A stretch of 63,589 nucleotides of DNA, the filler included, from Chiloscyllium plagiosum (Eukaryota), in NCBI RefSeq assembly GCF_004010195.1. It is 3 parts of 2 records of this genome, joined end to end, with 100 filler letters (N's around TTAATTAATTAA, not from the genome) between each part and the next. Parts side by side here need not be neighbours in the genome. Positions count along the whole stretch, not along the records: positions 1 to 29,831 come from NC_057714.1; 2 more parts are not named here. One strand, given 5' to 3'. The notes under the pieces are model-generated. The model did not search any database and had not been told where the DNA came from. It was given only the letters and a program-made list of their open reading frames with translations. Made by a program: the position numbers and the translations under genes. Below, in pieces: positions 1-12,000 of the stretch; the stretch's first letter is position 1, and every line of letters starts with the position of its first letter.

Positions 1-980
1 CAAGGGTCGGTGTTGGGTCCACTGCTGTTCGTCATTTTTATAAACGACCTGGATGAGGGTGTAGAAGGGTGGGTTAGTAAATTTGCAGATGACACTAAGG
101 TCGGTGGAGTTGTGGATAGTGATGAAGGATGTTGTAGGTTACAGAGAGACATAGATAAGCTGCAGAGCTGGGCTGAGAGGTGGCAAATGGAGTTTAATGC
201 CGACAAGTGTGAGGTGATTCACTTTGGTCGGAATAACCGGAATGCAAAGTACTGGGCTAATGGTAAGATTCTTGATAGTGTAGATGAGCAGAGAGATCTC
301 GGTGTCCAGGTACACGGATCCTTGAAAGTTGCCACCCACGTTGACAGGGTTATTAGGAAGGCATACAGTGTTTTAGCTTTTATTAATAGAGGGATCGAGT
401 TCCGGAACCATGAGGTTATGCTACAGCTGTACAAAACTCTGGTCCGGCCGCACTTGGAGTAATGTGTACATTTCTGGTCACCGCATTATAAGAAGGATGT
501 GGAAGCTTTGGAAAGGGTGCAGAGGAGATTTACTAGGATGTTGCCTGGAATGGAGGGAAGGTCTTACGAGGAAAGGCTGAGGGACTTGAGGCTGTTTTCT
601 TTGGAGAGAAGAAGGTTGAGAGGTGACTTAATAGAGACATATAAGATAATCAGAGGGTTAGATAGGGTGGACAGGGAGAGCCTTTTTCCAAGTATGGTGA
701 CAGAGAGCACGAGGGGGCATAACTTTAAATTGAGGGGTGATAGATATAGGACAGAGGTCAGAGGTAGTTTCTTTACTCAGAGAGTAGTAAGGGTATGGAA
801 TGCTTTGCCTACAATGGTAGTAGGTTCACCAACTTTAAGTACATTTAAGTTGTCATTGGACAAGCATATGGACATACATGGAATAGTGTAGGTTAGATGG
901 TCTTCAGATTGGTATGACAGGTCGGCGCAACATTGAGGGCCAAAGGGCTTGTACTGCACTGTAATGTTCTATATTCTATG
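1..980 (+). mobile_element. CR1-clade LINE 3' end (RT C-terminus + 3'UTR)
   Basis: LGPLLFVIFINDLD...SKFADDTK, LYKTLVRPHLE (premature stop at 460), RGHNFKL...FFTQRVV, and a TTCTA-type tail. Confidence 0.92.
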
Positions 981-1289
981 TTTATTCATCAGTGTGCTGC
1001 TTGTTAAAGGGGCACAGACGGCAGTCTGTGGAGTGGTTCACACCTCCTGTAATGTGCAGAAGATCACAGACAGTCGAGTATTCCTTTCGACCAAATCTGC
1101 AGGAAGTGTGTCTAATTGCAGCTCCACTCAGGCAGCATGGATTGGCTAGAGTGGCAGTTGGAAGCATTGAAAATCATATAGGAGACAGATAACGTGGCAG
1201 ATAGCGGCTTCAAGGAGGTGGTCACACTACAGTTTCAGTCAGCTAGATTGGTCACTGTGAGGTAGCCAGGACATGCAAGATTCCACTGT

Positions 1290-1560
1290 AGCATAGGAAA
1301 AAGATTTTAAAAGGACCTAACGGGCAACTTTTTCAAATAAAGGATGGTGCAGGTATGGAATGAGCTGCCAGAGGAAGTAGTGAATGCTGGTAAAATTACA
1401 ACATTTAAAAGACATCTGGATGGATACATGAATAGGAAGGATTTAGACGGATATGGCCAGATGCTGGCAGGTGAGACTAAGATTGGATTGGGATATTTAG
1501 TCGGCATGGACAAGTTGGACTGAGGGGTCTGTTTCCATGCTGTAAATCTCTATAACTCTA
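1290..1560 (+). mobile_element. CR1 LINE 3' fragment
   Basis: ggaatgagctgccagaggaagtagtg...acatttaaaagacatctggat, a CR1 terminal sequence recurring in the window. Confidence 0.75.
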
Positions 1561-1876
1561 ATGTATTTTCAATATTTAACCCATCCAATGCGTCTAACAA
1601 AATTACTCTCCCAGTCCAATCTGTGAAGTAAAATATCAGTCTGCCTTCAAACCCACATTCAGGGATGCTGTTCTATATCTGGGACCATTTGATTTCCATT
1701 TTTTAAAATGGTCTCCTATTACCTTGTTGGGTTTCACCATTTACCCAGTTGTGGATGAAAATCAGTGCAGTCCTGCAAATTCCTGCAGGCTGAGAGAACA
1801 TTAATACCTAAATGCCTTCCAATTGCATATTATTGTGAACATTAGTATCAATTCAAAACTTTAGAATTACACTTAC

Positions 1877-1942
1877 GACTGTGATACTGTGGTTCCAGTG
1901 AGTCGTAACTCATTTCAAGTGAATCTGCAGTCATGCTTCTTG
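1877..1942 (-). CDS. Putative 66-bp repeated exon, copy A (xRSMTADSLEMSYDSLEPQYHS)
   Basis: Same acceptor and donor (GTAAGT at 1876-1871) as copy C, with 2 differences in 66 nt. Confidence 0.6.
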
Positions 1943-2667
1943 CTGTCATTGAAGAAAGAAGATCGCAGTTCACAAAATAAATCAAAGTACTCAATACAAT
2001 TAGCTGGGCAATATCTGAGTAATCTAATCTCTAATCTAAAATCTAAACACTGCCTCAGAATATGGACAGATCGAATTTGGATTTGTCATTTGTCTCTATT
2101 CTATGAGGTTTATTGAATATTTTCTAAGGAAGGTTATAAGATATAATTCCCTTTGAACACACAAAACAGAGAAACATGCCATATCTAATCTTCCAAAGAG
2201 GGATATATTCTCTCCTCGAATACCCCATCATATTTACTTACTTAACACTGCCATTTCCTCCACTCTCTGACTCTCTCTCCATGTCAAAAGTAATCTGGAA
2301 GATGGGTTTATTGAAGGCTTTTCAACAAACATTTTAGATCTGCTATTGTTCTAATTGATAATCTCACAGTATAAGGTTCTCTAAAAAACCTTGTGATGTT
2401 ATGTTTATACAGGGCATTGGTACTGCCAGGAGTACTGTGTGCAGGATTGGTTTCTTTATCTGAGGAAGGTCATGCATGGCACGAGAGAAGCAAGACAGAG
2501 ATGAGTTACTCAGATTAGGTTATTATTCTGTGAGTTGAAGTTTTGTGTACTCAGCCTGGAGTTGCATGGAGGTTACAAGGTCTAATTGAAACATAAGAGT
2601 GAGAACTGCAGGGAATGAAAATGCTCGGAATGAGCTAATTGTGGGAGTTTAAGAGTCTAAATCTTAA

Positions 2668-2805
2668 TTCTGAGGAAGAGTCACTGGACCCGAAATGTTA
2701 ACTTTGATTTCTGTTCATAGATGCAGCCAGATCTGCTAAGCTTTTCCAGCAATGTCTGTTTTTGTTTCTTATTTACAGCATCTGCAGTTCTTTCAGTTTT
2801 TGTTT
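2668..2805 (+). mobile_element. Penelope-like terminal repeat (second family) with hammerhead-like core
   Basis: CTGAGGA-agagtc-actg-gaccc-GAAA-tgttaac, then ...cagcatctgcagttctt, flanked by an aatcttaat direct repeat. Related minus copies at ~35940-36030 and ~48487-48608. Confidence 0.6.
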
Positions 2806-2877
2806 AATCTTAATGCTGTGCCTTCTTAAAGTATAAAACTGTGGATAAGGGTTTTTTTTCAGGCTGCAAGACATTTT

Positions 2878-3045
2878 ATTTTTTTTTGTTGTGTGAACTC
2901 CTGTTCTTCTCTTTTTTCTTTTTTCTTTTTTTTCTCTTTTTCTTTTCTTTTCTTTTTTTTTTGTTTAACCCCCACACTACCACCTAAGTGCAGGAGTGCT
3001 TATTTTTGCCCCAGCACCCATGGTGTGTGTGCGCAGGTGTGAGAC
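2878..3045 (-). mobile_element. Short A-tailed retroposon 3' end (L1/Tx1-like) with target-site duplication
   Basis: Long T-rich tract on the + strand, flanked by a duplicated gcaagacatttta. Confidence 0.55.
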
Positions 3046-3504
3046 GCAAGACATTTTAAACAAGCTGTCCTCATGCTGCAGCGTAGAGGTGGCAGCTAAT
3101 TCAACTGATTAAATTAATTAAGTAAACTGATTAAATCTGGTTTGTGAGGCAGGGCAGTCCTGAAGAGTAGAATGCGAGGGCTGAAGTGCTCCTAGCACAC
3201 AGTGCAAACATTAGATTATGAAACTGCTGGAAACTGAGTTAAATGTGAGAGTTCAGCGAATTGTCGAGGGAGGCATTGCTCTGTCTTCTTCTGGACATTT
3301 TTGCATGGGGCTGCATTGTGGATGAGGTGCTGCTGGTTAAACCTAAGAGAATGTCCAGGTGAATACCAAACTTTGTTGAGGAGGGTGACTAGCAACAAGT
3401 TAAGGGGAAGATAATACCTTTTTTATTTCTGCATCTGCTAGTTGTTAAATGGGCAGACATGGCAGTCACTGGAGTGGTACGTTCCTCCTGTCAGGTAGAA
3501 TCAT

Positions 3505-4830
3505 ACAGTCATAGAATCTTGCAGCACCAGTCCAAATTGGTCCATACCGACCAAAATGTTCATCGTCGCTAACACCATTTCCCTGCATTCGGCCCATACC
3601 TTTCTAACCTTTCCTATCCATGTATTTGTCCAACTGCCTTTTGAGTGTTGTTAATGTTCCTGCCTCAACCACTTCTGCTGGCAGCTCATTCCACTTCCGT
3701 ACCACCCTCTGTATAAAAAAAGTTGATCCTCAGGTTCCCTTTTATTCTTAAACAGATGTTCTCTTGTCGTCAATTCCCCAAACCTGGGAAAATTTTGAGT
3801 GCATTCACCCTATCCATGCCTCTCACGATCTTATACATTTCCATAAGATCCCCCCTCAGTCTGCAGTACTCTAAAGAAAAAAAGTCCTAGCTTGACCAAC
3901 CTCTCACATATAACACACATCATTGAGTCCTGGCAACTTCCTTGTAAATTTCTTCTGCACTCTTTCCAGTTTAGTAACATCCTTCCTGTAGCAAAGCGAC
4001 CAGAACTTCATTGCGACCTGACCAATGTCCTGTACGATGCAACATATCTTCCAAACTTCTCTGCCCAATGCCCTGACTGACGAAATCCAGTGTGCCAAAA
4101 AGACTACTACACTGCCCTGTCTACCTGTGACTCCACTTTCAGAGAAGTGTACACCTGAAATCCAAGGTCCCTCTGTTCCATTGCAATCCTTAAGATCCAA
4201 CCATTCACCATGAAACCTCTACCTTCATTTGACATCCAAAATGCAAGACCTCACACTTATCTATATTAAACTGCATTTGCCATTGCTCACCCACTTCCCC
4301 AACTGATCAAGGTACTGCTACAATTTCTGATAACCTTCTTCACTGTCCATGATACTTCCTATTTTCATGTCAGCTGCAAACTTACTAACATGCCTTGTAT
4401 ATTCTCATCCAAATCATTGAAATCGATAACAAGCAGCATTGGGCCCAGCACCAATCCCTGAGGCACTCCACTACTCACAGGCCTCCAGAACGACAAGCAT
4501 CTTTCCATTATTACCCTCTGCTTCCTACCATCAAGCCAATAGTCTCTCCAATCTGCCAGCTCCCCCGGATTCTACTCAATCTAATCTTCCACAGCAGCCT
4601 ACCATGTGGAACTTTATCAAAAGCCTTACCAAAATCCATGTAGACTATGTCCCCCATCCTACCCTCATCTACTTTACTGGTCACTTCATCAAAGAACTCT
4701 AGCGAATTTGTGAGGCATGATCTCCCATGCACAAAGCCATGCTGACTACACTCACTGAAACCCTTTCTTTCTAAATGCATGTATATTTTATTTCTAAGAA
4801 TCTTCTCAAGTAACTTACTTACGACAGATG
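3505..4830 (-). mobile_element. Degenerate CR1 LINE (RT to 3'UTR)
   Basis: QHGFVHGRSCLTN...VYMDFGKAFDKVPHGRL and KLERVQKKFTR on the minus strand. Confidence 0.88.
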
Positions 4831-5299
4831 TGGGAGATCAGGGTGCAATCAAGTATCCCTGGTGACTAAGTCTACAGGAAGTGTGTCCAACTGCAGCTCT
4901 TCTCAGATCACATGGATTATATGAAGCAGCAGTTGGAAGCACTCAAAAGCATACAATAGGCAGATAATGTGATAGATCGTAGCTTTAGAGATCTGGTCCC
5001 ATCTACCATCTTGTAGATGGCTAACTGCCAAGACAGGTAGTCAGGTTGTGCAAGAGTTTCCTATGGCTGTCCTCCTCTTAAACAAATATACAATTTTGCA
5101 GATGGTTGGGGAGAATAGGCTCTCAGGGGAAATAGCAACTGCAGTTTGGTCTTTGGCACCACGACTGACTCTGCTGTAAAGTGGGACATGGCAAGGTCCA
5201 AGTGAGTAATTTTGATGAGGGCTTCTCTAGTTTGTGCACAGACAGGGATCATCAAGTGAAGCTGAATGGGTGGTGGTGAGAAATAACTGAGAAAGAACA

Positions 5300-6120
5300 C
5301 ACCAGATGGCCTCCTTCTTTAGAGACTGCAATTTCCCTTCTCACATGGTTAAAGATGCCCTCCAATGCATCTCATCCACATCCCGCACCTCCACCCTCAG
5401 ACCCCGCCATTCCAACCGTAACAAGGACAGAATGCTCCTGGTGCTCACCTTCCACCCTACCAACCTTCGCATAAACCAAATCATCCGCCGACATTTTCGC
5501 CACCTCCAAAAAGACCCCACCACNNNNNNNNNNNNNNNNNNNNNNNNNNNNNNNNNNNNNNNNNNNNNNNNNNNNNNNNNNNNNNNNNNNNNNNNNNNNN
5601 NNNNNNNNNNNNNNNNNNNNNNNNNNNNNNNNNNNNNNNNNNNNNNNNNNNNNNNNNNNNNNNNNNNNNNNNNNNNNNNNNNNNNNNNNNNNNNNNNNNN
5701 NNNNNNNNNNNNNNNNNNNNNNNNNNNNNNNNNNNNNNNNNNNNNNNNNNNNNNNNNNNNNNNNNNNNNNNNNNNNNNNNNNNNNNNNNNNNNNNNNNNN
5801 NNNNNNNNNNNNNNNNNNNNNNNNNNNNNNNNNNNNNNNNNNNNNNNNNNNNNNNNNNNNNNNNNNNNNNNNNNNNNNNNNNNNNNNNNNNNNNNNNNNN
5901 NNNNNNNNNNNNNNNNNNNNNNNNNNNNNNNNNNNNNNNNNNNNNNNNNNNNNNNCCCACTCACCTATTGTACTCTGTGCTACTTTCTCCCCACCCCCCC
6001 CCTCCTCTAGCTTATCTCTCCACGCTTCAGGCTCTCTGCCTTTATTCCTGATAAAGGGCTTTTGCCCGAAACGTCGATTTTACTGCTCCTCGGATGCTGC
6101 CTGAACTGCTGTGCTCTTCC
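5300..6120 (+). mobile_element. Penelope-like element 3' part (spans N gap)
   Basis: MASFFRDCNFP...LVLTFHPTNLRINQIIRRHFRHLQKDPT (PLE linker region), plus terminal repeat at 6040-6120. Confidence 0.85.
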
Positions 6121-7850
6121 TGATTCACAAGTCAAACTTCTAAATTTGGACAAGGATAATTTTGATAGTATTAGACAGCAACATTCAAAAGTTGATTGGG
6201 AGAGGTTTTCGCGAGCAAAGGGACACTTAGCAAGTGAGAGGTTTTCAAAAGAGAAAAAAACAAGAATTCAGGGCTAGCATGTTTCAGGAAAACTGACAAC
6301 TAGAGATATTAAAACTCTGCGCAAGGAAAAGGATGTATATTTCATATATAGTTAGCTGGGTTTAAATTAATCCCTTGAGAAGGATGGGGAATGGAGGAGC
6401 ACTCTTAGGAAGGATGGCAAAAGGGAGGCACAAGACAGCTTTGGCAGATAAAGTAAAAGAGAATCCAAAGAGATTCTACAAATATATTAAGGACAAAAGA
6501 GTAGGCAGGGAGAGAATAATGCCCATTAAAGATCGACAAGGCTGTCTGTGTGTGGAACCACAGGAGATGGGTGGGATCCTAAATTAATACATCTTGTCAG
6601 TATTTAACGTGGAGAAAGACATGCAATTTCGGGGACTCAGATACATAAATAGTGATATCTTGAAAATATGTCCCCACAAAGGCAGATAAATCCTTGCAGC
6701 CTGTTCAAGTTTATCTCAGAATGTTGAGAAAAGCTAGGGAAAAATATTAGGGCCTCCACCGGACAGCCATGAGAGAGGTGCCAGAAGACTGGAGATGGCT
6801 AATGTTGTGTCAGTATTTGAGAAAGGTGCAAGATAAAGCAAAGGAACTATAGACCGATAAGCCTAACATCTGTTGTAGGTAAGATGTTGGAGGGGATTCT
6901 GATCCTGTTCTATGGGATCTACATGCATTTGAAAAGGCAAAGACTGATTAGGGGTAATCAGCATGGCTTTGAATGTGGGAGACCGTGTCTCCAAAATCTA
7001 CATGGATTTAAGCAAGGCCTTTGACAAAGTAGATACATGGGATCCAGGTAGAGCTAGCCAGTTGGATACAAAATTGACTTGATTGTAGGTGACAGAGTAG
7101 TGGTATAGCATTGTTGTCCTGACTGGAGGCATGTGATCAGCAGTGTGGCATAAGGATCACTGCTGGGTACACTGTTGCTCGTCATTTAGATAAACCATTT
7201 AGATGAGAATACAGGAGGTATTGTTAGTAAGTTTGCAGATGATACTAAAATCGGTGGTATTGTGGACAGTGAAGAAGGTTATCTAACAGTACAACAGGAT
7301 CTTGATCAACTGGACAAATGAAGTTTGATTCAGATAAATATGAGATGTTGCTGTTTGGTAAAACAAACCAGAGCAGGATTCATACAATTTATGTTAGTGT
7401 CCTGGGGAGTGTTGTCGAACAGACAGACCTATGGGTGCAGGTGTATAATTCCTTGAAAGTGGCATCTTGTGTACACAAGGTGGTGAAGCAGGCATTTGGC
7501 ATGTTTGCCTTCATCACAGAGAACTGAGCACAAGAGTTTGGACGTCATGTTACAGCTGTACAGGACGTTTGGAACACCACATTTGAAGCACTGCATACAA
7601 TTCTGGGTTTGCACTGCAAAAGGAAGGATATTACTAATCTAGAAAGGGTGCAAAAACATTTTCATGGGATGTTACTGACAGTGGAAGGTTTGGGTTCTCA
7701 GGGGAAGCTAGATCGGCTGGGACCTTTTTCCCTAGAGCACCGAGGCTGAAAGGTGACATTATGGAGGTTAATAAACTCATGAGGGGGATAGGTAAGGGGA
7801 ATGCCAAGGTCTTTTCACTAGAGTAGGTAAATCCAAAAACTAGAATGTTA
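6121..7850 (+). mobile_element. Degenerate CR1 LINE ORF2
   Basis: KENPKRFYKYIK, the gcagatgatactaaa (FADDTK) region and LKVAS...KQAFGM. Confidence 0.85.
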
Positions 7851-8553
7851 AAAATTAAAGAGGAAAATTAGTGTAAGAATAAGGAAAGATATTAGCTCCA
7901 GTGAAGTATAATCTGTATTGTTAGAGTTTAGAAACCCCAAGAAACAAAAAAACAATAGAGGTGTTTGTATCTAAACCCAAACTGGAGTACCAATGTTGGG
8001 AAGGACGTTAAACAGGACATTAGAGATGCAAGCATTACAGGTACAGCTGTAATTCTGGGTGTTTTTAATCTGCACATTGAATACACAAATCTAATCTGTT
8101 ACAATTCTGCAGGGCAGGAATTCCTGTCATGTATAAAGGATGGTTTCCTGGATCAATACATTGTGGATAAGGTCATCATGGAGTCTAAAGGGTTAATAAT
8201 GCTCAATCATGAAGCATATGTACGACAACACCATCTTTTTGACTATGAAATGAATCAAATCCAAAGGTGAGAGTGATTTGTTGATATTAAGGTTCAGCAA
8301 TAAGCCATAATGTAAATTCATTGGAGGAGTTTGTTCAAGGAATTGCATGTTCTATGCCTTATGAAATAGCATTAACCAACTGGTGTTCTGGTAAATCGAC
8401 AGCTAAACAAGCATAGCTGAGGAATCAATGACTGCAACTTAGTGCTGCAGAAGTTTAGATCATTAATGCACAAATTCCTTCTAATTGCTTTTCATTAAAT
8501 AACTCTTAATACCTTCCAATTTAAGGCTATCTAAGACAAGAAGACTTTGATAC

Positions 8554-8579
8554 CTCAAGAGAATCTGTACTCATTTCAT
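8554..8579 (-). other. Diverged paralogue of the repeated exon (xEMSTDSLE)
   Basis: Acceptor gatctcctttctttaatgaccAG is homologous to the other copies and the motif is the same, but the donor GTATCA is weak and the phase is 1 to 0. Confidence 0.35.
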
Positions 8580-8684
8580 CTGGTCATTAAAGAAAGGAGA
8601 TCCCAGTGCTCATACTGCACAATAATGAAACTGTTCAATGCTTTAATTAATTATTAAAAATAGACATGTTTTATAATACGAGGC

Positions 8685-8836
8685 AAAAGTGAGGACTGCA
8701 GATGCTGGAAACCAGAGTTTAGATTAAAGTGGTGCTGGAAAAGCACTACAGGTCCGGCAGCATTTGAGGAGCAGGAAAATCGACGTTTCTGATGAAGGGC
8801 TTTTGCCCAAAACGTCGATTTTCCTGCTCCTCAGAT
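8685..8836. mobile_element. Palindromic Penelope terminal-repeat mini-element
   Basis: Inverted pLTR halves around ctgatgaagggcttttgccc; flanking duplication atgttttataa. Confidence 0.75.
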
Positions 8837-8959
8837 GTTTTATAACACTGACAGGCAGTGCTTAAATCACTAATTTGTTCACTGTTTGACAATGTTTGTC
8901 ATTGTTTTTATTCAAATATACTATAACAGGAGAAAACATTTGATTCATATTGGTCTTCA

Positions 8960-10450
8960 CAGTTTTGAGAAGATTTGTAGCTCAGGTTGAGGTTTTGGAT
9001 GTAGGTTTGCTCGCTGAGCTGGAAGATTCATTTTCAGACTTATCCTGTTGGCTAGTTTTCTGCCTGTTTGTCCAATGTAGTGTTTGTTACAGTCCTTGCA
9101 CAACAGACTCCGTAAATACAACCGAGAAATTTTGCATCAAAAATCTTTACTCAGTCATGCAACAGACCATGAATGGATAGACACAGTACAAACCATAGAT
9201 ATTAGACAGCGACAAACACAAAAAATGAAAAAAACTGGACCTGCAGAAAAAACTAGACAAACTTACACTGACAACATGGAAGCATGGATAAAAACATTAT
9301 CTGACCGACCCTTAACAGACACTGAAAAAGCCATCTTAGTAAGCAGATTAAATTACAAAGTGCCAGGATGCGGACAAGAAAGATTTCTTCGCAGCATTAG
9401 AAACACTAAAAGACAACCAACGCACCGAAAAAAACCCAGCAAACCATCAGACAGGTAGTCACACCTGTCATTGGAAAAAAGGAAGAAAACACACTCAATA
9501 CACAAGAAAGGAAGGCACTAGAAAGACTAAAAAAAAGAAAAACATTGTTATCCTACCTGCAGACAAAGGAAGCTTAACAGTCATTCTAAATCGAAGAGAC
9601 TACATTGAAAAAGCGAATGCACTACTTACAGATACCAACACTTACCAACAGGTAGCGGTAGACCCGACCCCACAACCAGAGAACCAAATTACAGCCCTAC
9701 ACAAAATATTTCAGAAATCTGGAGAAATAAGTAAGGCCAACTTCCAAAAAATGAAACCAGACGGATCCAACACACCACACTTCTATGGATTACCCAAAAT
9801 TCACAAACCAAGTGCCCCCCTCAGACCCATAGTCTCACTACCTGGAACACCAACTTACAGATTAGCCAAGGAGTTACACCAAAGACTAAAATAGTTAGTA
9901 GAAGACTCACGCCATTCCATTCACTCAGACGGATCCAACACACCACACTTCTATGGATTACCCAAAATTCACAAACCAAGTGCCCCCCTCAGACCCATAG
10001 TCTCACTACCTGGAACACCAATTTACAGATTAGCCAAGGAGTTACACCAAAGACTAAAATAGTTAGTAGAAGACTCACGCCACTCCATTCACTCCACCCA
10101 AGAATTCCTGAAGACCATCAAAGACATTAACATAGAAGTGGATGAAATAATGGTCTCCTTTGATGGAACAGCCCTGTTTACATCAATCAACATTAACCTG
10201 GCCAAGGAAACACTGACTACACTATTAGAAGACCCAAAGACACATACACCAAACACCACTAACTTCATCAATAAGGACGGTATCATCAAGCTCGTGGACC
10301 TATGCCTTACCACAAACTTCACCTTCAACAACAAAACCTACAGACAAACCAACGGAACAACTATGGGATATCTGATATCAGGGTTCTTAGCAGAGAAGTA
10401 ATGCAGAGACTTGAAGAAACAGCTCTGCCAACCATCCAACCCAAACTTTG
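8960..10450 (+). mobile_element. Penelope-like element RT, second family (Poseidon-like), decayed
   Basis: [10 protein letters not shown]...RPIVS, MVSFDGTALFTSI, YRQTNGTTMG; internal 168-bp tandem duplication at 9759-10094. Confidence 0.85.
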
Positions 10451-11372
10451 GTTCAAAAAAAGAAAGGGTTGCCAGGCATGTGATATTTGGTTGCCCACTT
10501 CACACCATTAATCCAGAGAAATATTCATCCCCCTCTACCTTCATACAAACCTGATTTATCTTTCTGTTCAGTCTCACATTTTCCCCAGTGCAGAAATCAT
10601 CTGTGGCCCCGTGACGGCACTCTCACCTCTTGAGTCAGGACAATGTGGATACATGTCTCACCCCAGAAATTTGACCATTAAGTTTGCATTCTACTGATGA
10701 TAAACCACAGTGCAATCTGTATTCGCAAGGTAAAGTACAAGATCACAGACCATTACGAGGAAGAAGAGATTCTCCAGTGTCCTGACCAATACGTAACTCT
10801 TAAAATACAGTCCCATAACAACCAATCTGGTCAGTATCTCAATGCTTCATTACATTGATTTCCCCATCTCCAAACCTTTACTCTCATCCATAAAGACCTG
10901 TAATTTATAGGAACACAACATACAGCTTCACATAATGAGATCATCCCCCCTTAGAACTTGTCCAAGTAATACACTTAGCTCATAATTTCCCACACAAAGA
11001 AAGAACTTCCCATACATGTTCTCCCCATCCAACACACATACACAATTACTCTGCCAGTCTGATCTGTGAAATAAAAGGTCTGTGTGCCTTCAAACACATA
11101 TTTCGTGATGCTGTTCTTTTTCATCCGCTAAAGCACTCAATTATTTTAGTTCACAGTCAAATAATTCTGTACTAATCAAATTTCAACCTGGAACCATTTG
11201 ATTTCCATTGTTTAAAGTGATCAAAGAATTTGTCTGGACTCCTGTAACCTTATCAGGTTTCACCATTCCTGCATAATCCCACAGGCTTTTAGAACAGCAA
11301 TAGCTAAACACCTTCCAACTATGTATCATAGTGAAAATTTATTTCAATGTTAAAGTTCACAATTGTACTTAT

Positions 11373-11438
11373 GACTGTGATACCGTGGTTCCAGTGAGTC
11401 ATAACTCATTTCAAGTGAATCTGCGGTCATGTTTCTTG
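11373..11438 (-). pseudogene. 66-bp repeated exon, copy B, donor inactivated (ATAAGT)
   Basis: 4 differences from copy A and 4 from copy C. Acceptor intact, GT changed to AT at 11372. Confidence 0.55.
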
Positions 11439-11681
11439 CTGCCATTGGAGAAAGAAGATCCCAATCTTCACAAAATAATCAAATTATTCAATACATTTAC
11501 CTATGCAATACCTGACATAATACAGACAGACAGAACTTGGACATATGGCTTGATCTCTAGTCTATGAGCTTCGTTGAATAGCTTCTAAAAAAGGTTATGA
11601 AAATAGAATTCCCTTTGATCACTCAAAACAAAGAAACTTTTCATCTCTAAACTTCCAAAAAGGGATATGTTTTAGCCTCTT

Positions 11682-12000
11682 GAGGGGTGGCACGGTGGTT
11701 CAGTGGTTAGCACTGCTGCCTCACAGCACCAAGGTCCCAAGTTCAATTCCAGCCTCGGGCAACTGTCTGTGTAGAGTTTGCACATTCTTCCCTGTGTCTG
11801 CGTGGGTTTCCTCCGGGTGCTCCAGATTCCTCCCACAGTCCAAAGATATGCAGGTCAGGTGAATTGGCCATGCTAAATTGCCCATAGTGCTAGGTGCATC
11901 AGTCAGAGGGAAATGGGTCTGGGTGGGTTACTCTTCGAAGGGTCGGTGTGGACTTGTTGGGCTGAAGAGCCTGTTTCCACACTGTAGGGAATCTAATCTA
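11682..12000 (+). mobile_element. HE1-like V-SINE (tRNA-derived)
   Basis: A/B-box head tggttcagtggttagc...gttcaattcc, V-domain tttgcacattcttccctgtgtctgcgtgggtttcctccgggtgctcc, tail aatctaatcta. Confidence 0.88.

Larger units (their letters stand above)
1580..5240. repeat. Copy A of the duplicated unit, interrupted by later TE insertions
   Basis: aattactctcccagt..., gggatatattctctcc..., aagtaaactgattaaatctggtt... and gcagttggaagcact occur in the same order as at 11040-13050. Confidence 0.75.

Noticed and set aside
1889..2116. Plus-strand ORFs MVPVSRNSFQVNLQSCFLL in the three repeat units
   Set aside because: They are antisense to the 66-bp exon and diverge immediately outside it; the splice signals are on the minus strand.
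11682..11760. tRNA-like sequences (also 47440-47520 and 17835)
   Set aside because: These are SINE heads followed by the V-domain, not tRNA genes.
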